A stretch of 64,000 nucleotides of DNA. Source: Sphaerodactylus townsendi. Taxonomy: Eukaryota. Both the position numbers and the translations under genes were made by a program. The stretch is from NCBI RefSeq assembly GCF_021028975.2, contig NC_059438.1, positions 8,060,001 to 8,124,000 of the forward strand, read 5' to 3'. Below, piece by piece: positions 1 through 36,645 of the stretch. Under the pieces are notes generated by a model, which was not told the origin of the DNA, ran no database searches, and worked only from the letters and a program-made list of their open reading frames with translations. Position 1 is the first letter of the stretch, and the number at the start of each line of letters is the position of its first letter.

Positions 1-138
1 GCAGCAGCAGCAGAAGGCCATAGCTTTCACATCCTGCATGGGAACTCCCAAAAGTATCTGGTTGGCCACTGCAAGTAGCAGAGTGCTGGACTAGATGGAC
101 TCTGGTCTGATCCAGCAGCTCTTTCTTATGTTCTTATG
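1..138 (+). mobile_element. 3' tail of a CR1-type LINE
   Basis: ggactagatggactctggtctgatcc...ttcttatgttcttatg tail; homologous to the tail of the 52945-53385 copy. Confidence 0.7.
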
Positions 139-381
139 CCACACAGTGAAAAATGTGGTATCTATATACAATCACATACTATTGCTATGACTTTCACCAG
201 TTTTAAAAAATAGATGGAAGAGCAGCTCTTCTGGACTTGCATCACTGTCTTATGGGTGAACAGTTCCCAGATTCAAGGTGACTAGTTGTTTCTTAAGCTT
301 TTAGGGGAAGCAGTGCAGTTTCACAAAGTTCTGGTTGCCTTAAAGATCATTGTGATCATAAGCTAGAGGTTTTCAAACCAT

Positions 382-522
382 GGCTCATTCCGCACATGCA
401 GAATAATGCACTTTCAAACTGCTTTCAGTGCTCTTTGAAGCTATGCAGAACGGCAAAATCCACTTGCAAACAGTTGTGAAAGTGGTTTGAAAACGCATTA
501 TTTTGCTTGTGCGGAAGGGGCC
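382..522. mobile_element. Palindromic MITE (PIF/Harbinger-like)
   Basis: Imperfect TIRs ggctcattccgcacatgcagaataatgc / gcattattttgcttgtgcggaaggggcc; CAT on both sides. Related copies at 30625-30673, 33989-34118, 42936-43046, 45851-45986. Confidence 0.7.
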
Positions 523-2039
523 CATGTCCCAGGGAACTCCTTGCTGAAAAAAAATCAGAGATGGCAGGAAGCCCTCCTGAAAGGCAGCACTGGTTGTGGT
601 GGTTAAAATGTTGGGCTACAACAGTGGTCCTCATACCATGGTTAGCAGAATGTCATGCTACCAATTACCATCAATCCAAAGAATTGGGAGTTAATCCACC
701 GCTACTCCACTGTGAGTAGCTTGCTCATTTCCCCAGGTGAGAGTACAGAGGCTGCAGAAAAGAATGAGGTGTTGATGGACAAGATTGGTCGTTAATTTCT
801 ATTTCTGAATTGAGGCCTGTGGCTCACGGAGGCTCGCAGTCTGCCTGGCCTCTAATCCCTGTGGTGGTGGTTGTTTCAAAACCACCTGCCAAACACAAGC
901 CCTACTGGATAATGGCCTTGTTCACTTTCTAGAAACATGGGGTGGGTGCCACATTGACCAGCAGTGCTCAGAAGAGCCACTGAAGGCATGTCAAAGAGCC
1001 ACATGGGGCTCCTCAGCCACTGGACTAGGTATTGCTGGACTAGGATCTGTGAGACTCAGCTTCAGATCCTTACTCTGCCATGGAAGCTTGCTGTTGGTTT
1101 TGGCCTTGTGTGGAGATTGTGAGTGTAAAATGGAGCTCTTGGGAGGAAAGTTTTCCATAGCAGCCTGTAGCAATAGGGGGAGTCTTGATTATTGTCTAGA
1201 ATTGGTTCTGTGTATACAGAGGGCACATTTCAGTGGCCGCCAACTCTTACATCATGCTGCAGGGGTTTAATTTTGAAAGCCGCTTCTAGTGACGGAAGAG
1301 GCAAGCAATTCCTGCTCTAAATCATGGTAGGAGAAAGAGCTGGAGAGAATCAGCACCAAAAGGACAGGGGAAATATTTGGGTGTCTGGTTGCCTGGATGT
1401 CTGGTGCTGTCACCTGGAAACTTGAAATATTTTCCTACTCCTAAAAACAGGCCTGGCTATTCCCACACCCCATGACTCTTCTCCCTTGCAGCTGCTTCCC
1501 TGGATCCACACTGTGTATGAAGTGTCTCTTAGGTGGAAAATGAGAGAGGAAAGCGCTCAACTGCCTAATCCTCTCCAGACACCCCACATTCAAAAAGCTG
1601 GCTCAAAGCAGAGTTTGGCCTCCTCAAGCAGCTGCCCACGCATAATTTTGAGGCCAGACCTTTATAATCTATCAGCAGGTTTCTGAATAGAGGTCAATGT
1701 GGGGAGAGAACATCTCGGGGGAGGGGGATCTTCATGGAACTCTGAATAACTCCTTGAAAAAATATGTTTAATGGAATACTTAGTGACAATGTCAGAATTG
1801 GGATTTAGGGACCTTAGCCGACCTTGGGGTAAGGGAGCAAGGTATAGTTTAAATCTAGACTTTGTTAAGATGTGCTTTTCTTTCCCTGCAGGCCTTCTCT
1901 TGAATATCCAATGTGTATCTCCAGTGAGAATGTTGGAAATTACACCAGCCATTTCCCATCCATTCCACTTGCTACAAATGCCTATAACGCAAAGGCCACA
2001 ATTCAGGATCCAAAAAACATTGTTCTTAAAACTGTCTAG

Positions 2040-26715
<24,676 letters not shown>

Positions 26716-29128
26716 CACCTGGAAAAGAGTCTCCTGGATTTTGCCTCTAATCCATTCCATCCAGTGCTGGAGGGCCAGAAGGGAGGGCATCCTGAACCAG
26801 TCGGTAGACTTTCTGAAAGCCCAGCCATGCCCTGGTTTTCATCCTTAACAAGAGCCTTTTCTCACCTAAGATGAAGATCTGTGAAATTGACTCCATTGCC
26901 TTAGAGTTGTGGGACCTTCTTTTAGCAGTAATGAAAGCTGGTTGGTTTGTCTATAGCCAAGACTGCTGAAGTCTCATTTTCTTTCTCTCCCCAACCCCCT
27001 ACCCCTTTCTTTCCTCCGTCTTTCTCTGCTCCTCCTGTTTGCTGATCACAAGTTGAATATTTTGCACTGGAAACGTTATGGTTCATGATCCCCTAAAATG
27101 GGAACATATCCAGCTCTTGGACCTGTCCCTTTTATTTTGGCAGCCATCATGCACATGTAACAAAATGCCAATATTTCCTGGTAAATGTAGCTTCCTGCTG
27201 GTCAGCGAGACCCTCTGTACTTTTCGGACTGTTGACATGAAAATGTTCAAAGACTTGAAATCTACAAGAAGAAACTGATTTTGTACAGAAGGTGCAGAGA
27301 CTATAGAAGAATCCATTTTTTTTACAACTCAGTGATTCCAAAGAACATTGATCCTTTTTGTTTTTTAAACGACAAAAACTTAGTGGTTATTTTCATTTGT
27401 AGTGTTTCTGATTACTTCAACTTCAGTATCTACATTTTTGTGAAAAGAAAATTAGTTTTTGGAAGGATTCCTTACAAGAATTACAGTTCTGGACTGGAGA
27501 ATTTGTTATTCTGAGTATTTTTAAGGTACCATCTGTCATTGCTTTTTTAAAAAATTAAATATTAGTTCTTGCAGGCTCTGCACATTAAAAAAATATTGAG
27601 CTATATCAAAATCCAGAACGCAGAGCAAATGTGTTAGCATCATTTTGGATGAAAATGTTTGACTAGCAGTTTCACTGTCTAGGTTTGTGAAACTGCAGGG
27701 TTGTTGTTTCTTTAAAGCAGACTCTATCAAATTTTGACAGTTTTATTTTTATGTTGGTATGTGACCCTGTATCATGCATTCATGCTCTGGTTTTTCCATG
27801 TGCTTATGAAATGGCAGGGCTTTACAGTTGCTCGAGAATAGTCCGAAGAAATTCATACAGTTTGTACGTGTATGTGTGGTTGGGTGATAGGCCTTCATTC
27901 AAGAGGCTGCAGAAAAAAGACAGAGTTCAATTTCATAAGTACCTTGGCTTTCATTATTCAAACAAAGGTACAGTTTTAGCCCTTGTGGTTGTGAAAACAG
28001 ACTTTAACTCGTATGTGCATAGTGCTCAGTGAGGTCTCAGAAGTAAGAGAAGTGGCTTAAAAAAAGCTTGCCCTGGATTGGGGTCTATGCCCTACATACC
28101 TCCTTGCTTTTGTCCCTACCCCAGGTGGGAGAACATGTCCATCCACGGTTCACAGGGGGTGTGAAATTCAGTATTTCTTGCTGCTCATAAAAGAAAAATT
28201 TAACTCTAGAGCGTGTGCACAACCTTAGAGCTGGTCCTTCCCAGTTTCAGTTCAGTTTTACATTTCTGACCCAAATACATTTGCTTGGAAATAAGTCCTC
28301 AATTTCATTTTTGTTGGCTTCTTCCTTTACAACCACTGAACAGAATTTCAAAAACTCTTTACAACCATTGACTGGGCTTTAGAAAATTCTGCAGCTAGTT
28401 CTGTCTTACACTGTGTGTCCCTGCACTTGTATTTTTCCCACTAGATTTTTAAAGCCGTTTATGATAGGAGCATGGATGGGGTGGGGGGCAGTAAAAAAAA
28501 GCCCACTGGCTGAGCTTCAGGTAGATTCTTCACCCTTCTTTTTCTCCTTAACATTGTTGTGATAGCTTCAATGGAACAACTGCCCAGAAACAAAATGACA
28601 GGTGCAACAATACAAAAAGGGGAGTCTTGCTAATAGCCACCTGGGGCATATAAATTATCTTTTTGCAAACATTGGTGTTTAACAGTGCAGGGAATATTAG
28701 TTTTGACAGAAGCAGCACTTAAATATGATTCTCTGTCGTGAACAGAGAATCCGCACCATTTGCGACAGTGGAAACATGCTGCTGCATTTCATTCTTTATG
28801 TTGGTTATTCTGGTGAGTAGCAACTGTCCATGGCCCCTTGCAAGAAAAGTTGTTTCTAATCCCAGGCGCACATGGATCAAACCCTTCTTGTCAATGGCCT
28901 TCCTAAATGGAATCTTTATTTTATCAAATTATTAAATCATTAAAAACATGTGGAATCAAACACTGGAGATCTTTTTTCAGCTGCAACAGAAGCATGACCA
29001 AGGGCCATCACAAAGACCTTGCTCAGCCTTCCTATAATTAACCTGGACTTGGCCTACAGGAAGGGAAAAGTCCATCTGGCTGTACTTTCTGTGACTATGA
29101 AAAGATAACGCAAAACTTAAGGGGCTAA

Positions 29129-29178
29129 AATAAATGGCAGTTTTATTAAGTAGCCTGTGGAACAACCTTAGCAATAAA
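29129..29178 (+). terminator. Candidate RSPRY1 polyadenylation signals (AATAAA x2)
   Basis: AATAAA at 29129 and 29173, at the end of a TE-free AU-rich 3' UTR-like stretch and upstream of the ARL2BP promoter. ATTAAA near 28930 is an alternative. Confidence 0.4.
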
Positions 29179-30039
29179 TGGATGTGTAACAAGCCAGTCC
29201 TAAATACATGTACTCTGACTTTCAACCAGGTGATGCTTACTCCTAAGTAAGGAAGGCAACAATAGCAACCTGGAACTGTTAAAAAGGCACATTTTAAAAA
29301 AAATGCAAGAGCAACTATGGTGAGTGATACCACTGAACTCATTTTCACCTACAAAACATCCCGCCTCCCCCCCAAAAACCTCTTTCCTGTTCTGTGTCAG
29401 CACTTCCTTATATATTATTTGCTCACTGGAACTGCCAATTGTAAAAGTTGGCAGAGGTGCACTTACACAAAGTTATATTTTTGGAGAGAACAGCCATATT
29501 CCAGGGGTGATACAGAACTATTATGCGAGTGAGGAAGAACTACCGCCACCCTACCTCGGTCAACGTTTTCATTTAATATGCAGCAGTTCTGATTCCAGCA
29601 AGTGCCCTCATCTTTATCGTGACGGCATCCAGAGATCCGAGATGGCAGAATAACCGTATCAAACTAAAAATCACATTTTGGGATGCCTCTGGAAAACATT
29701 CTGCAAATAGAAAAACGGCACTGGCAGTAAAAGGGTTTGCTGGTTTTCTTCGGGGGGCGGGAGGGAGGGGAGAGGTTAGCCACTATCTGCAGTTTGAGCA
29801 GATACCTGCACTCTTCCATTCTCACTTTGCACGTGTGAACGAGACTTCAGTGCATCGCGGTTGGGCTATTTTGAATCGTACAAAGCTCTGCTCCTCAGCA
29901 ATTATTGCAAAGATCCCCAAGCAGACTAAGGATAGATATCGGCCTATCTATCCGCCGATCCTAAATATCAGGCCCCCTACGCGTTACATCTCCAGATCAG
30001 TGGGATAACACCATGTGGTAGATCAACAGAGCAAGGACC

Positions 30040-30400
30040 CAACCCGGCCTATTTGATTGGCTCTGCCTTTCCAAATTCCTCATTGGACAGAAAAAGCAAA
30101 GTCTCGCCCTGATTGGCACTTCGGTTTTTTACGCCGATTGGTCAGAGAACGAGGGCCCGCGGTAGCGGAAGCGGTCGTTTCCAAGGCAACCGAAGGAGGA
30201 GGGAAACGGTGATCCGCAACGGATCTTATGGGGGAGATCGAGACCTTTCCCCTTTCGTTTGGCTTTTGGAGCGAGCCGAAGGCATTGCCAGGAGGGCGGG
30301 TATGAGTTGGCTTTGGGAAGGGACGGGAGGAGCGAGGAGGACGCAACTCGGACTGCCTGGGTCCCCTCAGCAGAATGCGAGCCCCTCCGGATCAGGCTAA
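30040..30400 (+). promoter_or_regulatory. ARL2BP: ARL2BP CpG-island promoter and probable non-coding first exon
   Basis: CpG-rich island. ATTGG (inverted CCAAT) at 30056, 30082, 30112 and 30137; CGGAAG ETS-like site at 30166; X-box-like GTTTCCAAGGCAAC at 30177-30190. The start exon downstream has its own acceptor (aacag|31679), which implies an upstream non-coding exon. Confidence 0.8.
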
Positions 30401-31059
30401 GGGCCTGTCTATCTCTAGCCCGTTTCCAGTAGTCCTCCCCTTCTGTTGCCCCAAGGAACTCAGCGACATACTGCCCCTGTACATGGGGACTCCGTTCCCG
30501 ACACTTTTAGCTAGCAAGTCTATAAGTGCAGAGGGATGGCCTTGCTAGTTTGTTGCAGTCGGTACTAGAAAAGCCGTGGCACAGTGAAAACTATACAGCC
30601 CGGAAAACCCACAACAACCACCTGCGTTGAAAGTTGATTGAAAGTGCATTGTTCTGCATGTGTGGAAGGGGCCTGAGTGATATCCTAGCTAGCAAGGCAA
30701 GTAATGACAGCCCTGCTGGAGCCGGCTACCTAAGTATCCTGTTTCTACCTGTGGCCAGACAGATTTCCAAGCAGGGCATGAAGGCAGTTGCCTTCCTCTG
30801 ATACCTCTTTCCTCTTGCCCCTAGTGAAGAGAACTGTCTTAAAATGAATTTATAGAGGAAGATGGGTCTACTTATGGTCCTTAGCTGCAACTGTTAAAAT
30901 AGTGTATCAGTTTGGCCCACATAGTTATTGCGACTGGTAAGCCAATCTTTCTTTGTGGGTTTATCTAATTATTTTCCGAGCCACCTAAACTAGCGGTAGT
31001 CCCCTTACAGTGTGGAGATGACTTCTGTAAGTTAATGATCAGTCAGTATTTATTATGAT

Positions 31060-31271
31060 AAGATTAGTTTAGCAGCACAGTGTATGCCCATATACAAAAT
31101 TGAAATCCAGAGATTTAAATTCTTAACTGTATTGGGCTGTTAATAATTACACATAAAAGTTGATTTAATAACTTTTATGTGTAATTATTAACAGCCCAAT
31201 ACAGTTAAGAATTTAAATCTCTGGATTTCAATTTTATATATGAGCATACACTGTGCTGCTAAACTAATCTT
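31060..31271. repeat. Long inverted repeat, 102-bp arms, 8-nt loop, 2 mismatches
   Basis: 31060-31161 is the reverse complement of 31170-31271. Confidence 0.97.
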
Positions 31272-31692
31272 TCGAATATCTGCTATTGGATGGACCAAGG
31301 TCTCAGCTCATTGTATGGCCCCTTTAGAGGTGACCTCATTGGAATAGTTTGCCAGGATGAGGTATGTGCAGAATCAGACCATCAGTATTGTCTGCTTAGA
31401 GTGGCAGCGATTCTCCAGGTTCTTGATGGAGTCTTTTATTTCAACTGGTTTGCTTTACTGGAGATGCCAGAGTTTGAATCTGGGGTCTTGTGCCTGCAAA
31501 GCTGGTTTTCTACCACTGAAACCATGGCCCCCTCCAAGTTACTACTAAGAGTCCCTGACATTAGACTTCCAGATCAGCCACATTGTTTCCTGGTAGCCTT
31601 GAACCTAAGACTGAGAGAAGGATAGCTGACATCCACTGGCTTCTTGGAAGGTGTTTATCATTTTGTTTTGTCAAACAGGTGGCAAAGCCGTG

Positions 31693-31730
31693 ATGGAGAC
31701 TGTAGAAGAAGAAAACTTTGGCATATCCAT
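31693..31730 (+). CDS. ARL2BP: ARL2BP coding exon 1
   Basis: gtgATGG context; METVEEENFGIS; AT|gtaagt, phase matches the next exon. Confidence 0.88.
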
Positions 31731-34700
31731 GTAAGTCTGTTATTGAAATTGTTTTTACAAGTTTAGTCAAGAGAAGGACCTGTAAAAAAAGGACAAGGAA
31801 AAACTTAATTCCTGTAATATTCAAAAGGAAGTTGGAACTGACATATTTCAAAGCCCTCATTTTCCCTGCATGCTCAGTGAACTGGGAGTTCTGTGTTTGG
31901 AACTTAATTCTCAGGCATGTGTGGAACCTGGTTCATATAGCAAAGTGAGGACTCTCTCCTGCCCTCCCCTGGCCCTATTTTATCTCCCTAAAATAGCCTC
32001 AGGAGCCTCTTTTTCCCTGTTACGGAAACTTGCATGTTGCGTTTCAATACATGTGAGTTTCCCCAGTAGGGCAGTAGCAGTTCCCCAGGGCCATTTCATG
32101 TAGTGAAAATAGGGCAGGTAGAGGAAAGGCACCCCCCTTGTACTAGGGAGGAATGAACAGTTATGTATGTACCCCTTTTGGGGAGGGAAGGCATGGTGAA
32201 GGCAATATTCATAATGAATACATAAAATATTGTTGCACAGGATGTTGAGTAAGCACCGGAAACTCCGCCTGTGGCAGGTTGCCATATTTCAGGTAAAAAC
32301 CAATCCAGTTAGTGACTTATTAGACAAATCTTATTTTGGTGCTGCTTTGCAGAATTTTTTTCAAAAAAGAGTAAGCGAAGCAGGGCTCATGCTGGGCCAA
32401 GGCACTTTGCACAGTGGAAGCTTAGGTGACAGGACTGTTTCTCAGATATGCAGTAAGAGCTAATAGGGCCTGATGACAGAGCTCAATTCCCATGGTGGGC
32501 AGCTCTCTATGCACCACATCACACCTTTCAGTAGCAGTGACCAAGCCGATTTTAGTTACTGCATGGGTTGCAAGTGGTCAGTAGAGCAATGTTAACAAAT
32601 AACTGCTGGATTACATGATACTACCACAGAGGAAACCAGGGGAGGTAGAATAAGAATCTGAGGTAATTTGTACAGGTCCTCCCCCCCTCCTTCAGTGACT
32701 CACGCCACCACCTTTTCACAACACACACAAAAAATAAGTTCATTGTCATCTCTTTAAAAGGGTTCAGGACTTGGTGGATAAGGTGATTAGCTGGGATGCC
32801 TAGAAGGCAGAACTAGAGACTGTCTGTCAGAGCTCCTGGCTCAGATCTCATATCAACAAACTCACTTTGGCAAGTCTCTCTCTGCTGCAGCCCCCACATC
32901 TACAAAATGGGGATAGTGCTGATTTTCCATGCAATGCTGTTGTATGTCTTACTGAGCTAAAGCCATATATTATGGTGATGTTTGTCTTGGACTCATGTGC
33001 GTTTGAAATCCCAGAATATACGTGATCTAATTTGCTGTTGCCCTGTTTAGTTCCTCCCCTTCAGATGCAGAATTTGATGCTGTTGTTGGATATTTGGAAG
33101 ATATTATAATGGGTGAGTTTTGCTTTAAATAGTTCTCTCCAAAGAGGTTCATCGATCTACCTGCCATTTTTTCTCTCTTACTGTTATACGTGAGTACAGG
33201 AAAAGAATTGCATAATTTTAGTCACAGTAGAGATTCTTTATAAAAATCCGTCCTCTTCTGAATAAAATCTGTGATTTTTGTCATCTCTGCAATACTCAAT
33301 TCTTTTTCATGCCAGACTGAAAATAGAGGTAGTGTTGGCTGTTAAGTTTTTAGCTGCCGTAAATAGATTCCAAGTAACTGTGGTGCTATCACCGCTGACT
33401 CAGGGTTACGGGTGCTGGGCTTCCCCTCGAAAGACAGCAAAGCTACTGTCTTCTGACTCAGTGACCACCCTGACTTTAATTTTACATCATCGTTTTGTGA
33501 TTTCAGATCAGGACTTTCAACTCATACAAAGAAACTTTATGGATAAATACTACCAAGAGTTTGATGATACAGAGGAAAATAAACTAATTTACACTCCAAT
33601 TTTCAATGAATACGTAAGTACACATCTCCTTTTAAAAAAAGTCACTCGTACATTTTGCACAGATGGACAAATTTGAGATTGGAGCCCACAGATCCGTTCT
33701 GTGAGTGGAGGGGCCTTTGCCTTACAGAAAAAGCTTTCTGATGTCAGAAGCCGCTTCTTTGATCAGTGGATGGTTCCTTCTACTGGAGGAAAGCCTCTTC
33801 TGGTGGAACTGTCTTTTTGCACTTAGACCAGAAACTTGCTTCTGTGCTTTGCAGCGATAGGCAGGTAGCTGGCTGATTCTCAAAATCAGACTCACATTAC
33901 ATGTGTGAAGAGGTGAGCTCTGACTTCTTGTTAGAGTGACACGAAAAACAGTTTGTTGTTTTCATTTCCACTAGGTCAGCCACTCTTAAGCTCCTTCCGC
34001 ACATGCAGAATAATTCACTTTCAATCCACTTTCATAATTGTTTGCAAGTGGATTTTGCTGTTCTGCACAGCTGCAAAGTGCACTGAAAGTGCATTATCCT
34101 GCATGTGTGGAAGGGGCCTTACTTTGTGCCTTTAACAGCTGCCTGATCTACAGGCAAGCCAGTCTTTTCAGTGTTGAAATAAGCATTCCCATAGGCTTGC
34201 CTTGATGCCAATCAGGCATTTCTTCAAGGCACGGCCATTGGCCTGATCCAAAAGCGAGCAGTTGCAAAAGCTACTGGAACACTGACAGGGAATGTTTGCC
34301 ATTGCTTGCAGCTTTTAGTTGAGTTCTGAATGTTGATATTTACTTTTTTTAAAAATGTATTGTAAAAACGTCTCTGCTTTTTCTTCATATGAAGTCTGAA
34401 AGGTTCCTAGGACATGGTACTGAGCCGAAATGAAAAATAACTGATTCTCTTGAAGCAGACTGAAAGCTTAAACAGACAAGACGAAGGTTACTTCAAAAAT
34501 GTGCATTTAAAATGTTAATAGCAGAACAGGGGCGCCAGTTTTGAACAGCCCCAGGGTAACACTACTTCTATGTTGTGGATCAGTCATGATTGAGAACTGC
34601 CATTTTCATCTTGTCTGGATCCTGTTGGTATTTCAGTTTGACAGTTCAGCTGTTGCCTGAAATGTGAATGGACCCCAAACTCTGATCCAGGTCTTAGAGG

Positions 34701-36645
34701 TCTATCTAGCTTTGCTTCTTGCCTGTGCAGAGCATTGTTTTCCTTTCAAAGTTTTCTTCTGTGTTCTTCCGGTAGAAACCAGACTCTGCTTATTGTTCCA
34801 GATTTGCTTAATTGAGAAATATATCGAAGAGAAACTCTTGGACAGGATTCCTGGCTTCAACATGTCAGCCTTCACCTTGTCTCTGCAGTAAGTTAGATAT
34901 TTCCGTAACCTCTGTTTGTTGTGAGTGCCCTGCTCCCTCCATCTTGCAATGCTTCAGTTACTTTTAGACCAGAGCTCAAATTTAGCCCTGCCTACCTGAG
35001 GGAGGAGCATCTCTGCCTACCGGGGCTCCCACACCCCATGTTTGAAGATCACCTGGGGTGAGTTTCTGAAGCACGTGGCTCTTCCTGTAGTGGTCCCCTG
35101 AGTGTGGAATAACCTCTCCTAAAGAAGTCAATTACATCCCACTGGTTGTGGTTGGTTTTCCGGGCTGTGTGGCCGTGGTCTGGTGGATCTTGTTCCTAAT
35201 GTTTCGCCTGCATCTGTGGCTGGCATCTTCAGAGGTGTATCACAGAGAGGTGTGCGTTACACACTGTGTCCTGTGAGAAGGGAATGTTTTAGTGGGGTAT
35301 ACATTGTCATGTCCCCAGGTGGGGAACCAATCAGTAAGTGTTTGGATGGAACTTGCTATATAAAGGTGTGGTTGATAGTATAGTATTGCACCCAAACACT
35401 TACTGATTGTTTCCCTACCTGGGGACATGACAATGTATACCCCACCAAAACATTTCCTTCTCACTCGAACAGACTTCCCTCTGTGATACACCTCTGAAGT
35501 TGCCAGCCACAGATGCAGGCGAAATGTTAGGAACAAGATCTACCAGACCACGGCCAGAAAACCCACCACAACCAGTTGAATCTGACCATGAAAGCCTTCA
35601 ACAATTACATCCCACTTTGGGTTTTCATTCAGACTCTTTCTGTTTTTGTACTTTTCAGTTGCTCTGTTTTGATTTTTCCATGTTTAAAATTTTTGCGATT
35701 TTCTTTTATGCCTTGTACATTATAGTACCTGTTCTTAGAAGCGTGATTCTGAAATCTGGAGGAATAAATGTTCCTTTTAGGAAATTATGAATGACTTCCT
35801 GTTTGCATTATTTGCTCATTTCACCTTTTTGTGTGTTGAGAAGTAATCCAGTTTCCTCTTTCAAGCAAGCCACCTTGGATCCCTTGAGGGAGAGAGTTTT
35901 TTAAAGAAGTAAAATCTAAATCTTTCTCTTGCAGGCAGCACAAGGATGAAATAGCTGGAGACATTTTTGACATGCTTCTTACATTTACTGACTTCCTGGC
36001 ATTTAAAGAAATGTTCCTGGATTACAGAGCGGTGAGTACTCCAACGCTTGGATGGCATGCTCAACCTAGCGAACTGCCTTATGCAAAGTCAGTGAATCCA
36101 CCAGTTACCAGTGTGTATCGTTATTTAGCAAGCAAGCAACAAAGCCTTTATTGGTATAAAAACAGAACAACAACAAAACACAGCAAACAATAGGATTTTA
36201 AAAGCAAAAAAGATAACATCAGGTAAATACAGATAGTTACTGACTCTGAATTCTTTCCATAACAAAGCTTGCAACCTCTTCACAAAAAAACAGAATCGGA
36301 GTTGTTCAGCAAGAGAAATAATCTGATCAAATAGGTTAACTCAGGTTGGAAGAGAGGATGTAAATTGCCATATTTAGCTCTAATTTTGGCAAACATGGTG
36401 CAATGTAATAGCTGGTGAGCCAGTGTTTCAACTTGGTTGATATTACAACTACATAAAAGTTTGCTGCATTCATTTCGATCACAGTTCCTTTTCCACAGGA
36501 AAATGCCGCGACACTGAGGCATTCCTTATTTGCTTTCTGCCTCCAGGAAAAAGAAGGCCGAGGTCTTGACTTGACCAGTGGCTTCGTGGTGACACCTTTG
36601 AGCAAGTCTTCTGTATCTCCTGCACAGAACAGCCTGCGCCGCTAG
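31693..36645 (+). CDS. ARL2BP: ADP-ribosylation factor-like 2 binding protein / BART (6 coding exons, 489 nt, 162 aa)
   Basis: join(31693-31730,33051-33112,33507-33613,34802-34887,35935-36031,36547-36645). GT-AG, in phase. Motifs DAEFDAVVGYLEDIIM, EENKLIYTPIFNEY, DMLLTFTDFLAFKEMFLDYRA, EKEGRGLDL. Confidence 0.97.
33051..33112 (+). CDS. ARL2BP: ARL2BP coding exon 2
   Basis: SSPSDAEFDAVVGYLEDIIM; tttag| and |gtgagt. Confidence 0.95.
33507..33613 (+). CDS. ARL2BP: ARL2BP coding exon 3
   Basis: QDFQLIQRNFMDKYYQEFDDTEENKLIYTPIFNEY; ttcag| and |gtaagt. Confidence 0.95.
33989..34118. mobile_element. Palindromic MITE (PIF/Harbinger-like)
   Basis: TIR-bounded, flanked by TTA on both sides (TWA 3-bp TSD is typical of Harbinger). 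Confidence 0.75.
34802..34887 (+). CDS. ARL2BP: ARL2BP coding exon 4
   Basis: ICLIEKYIEEKLLDRIPGFNMSAFTLSL; tccag| and |gtaagt. Confidence 0.95.
35141..35605. mobile_element. Penelope-like element remnant, fold-back, with 15-bp flanking direct repeat
   Basis: Outer and inner inverted segments; CAATTACATCCCACT at 35129-35143 and 35602-35616. Confidence 0.85.
35935..36031 (+). CDS. ARL2BP: ARL2BP coding exon 5
   Basis: QHKDEIAGDIFDMLLTFTDFLAFKEMFLDYRA; tgcag| and |gtgagt. Confidence 0.95.
36140..36500 (-). mobile_element. 5'-truncated non-LTR retrotransposon fragment (clade undetermined)
   Basis: Minus frame CSCNINQVETLAHQLLHC, a CCHC knuckle typical of ORF2 C-termini, followed by a stop, a short UTR and AATAAA (tttatt near 36148). 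Confidence 0.7.
36547..36645 (+). CDS. ARL2BP: ARL2BP coding exon 6 (stop)
   Basis: EKEGRGLDLTSGFVVTPLSKSSVSPAQNSLRR-TAG; tccag| acceptor. Confidence 0.93.
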   Translation, partial: EKEGRGLDLTSGFVVTPLSKSSVSPAQNSLRR

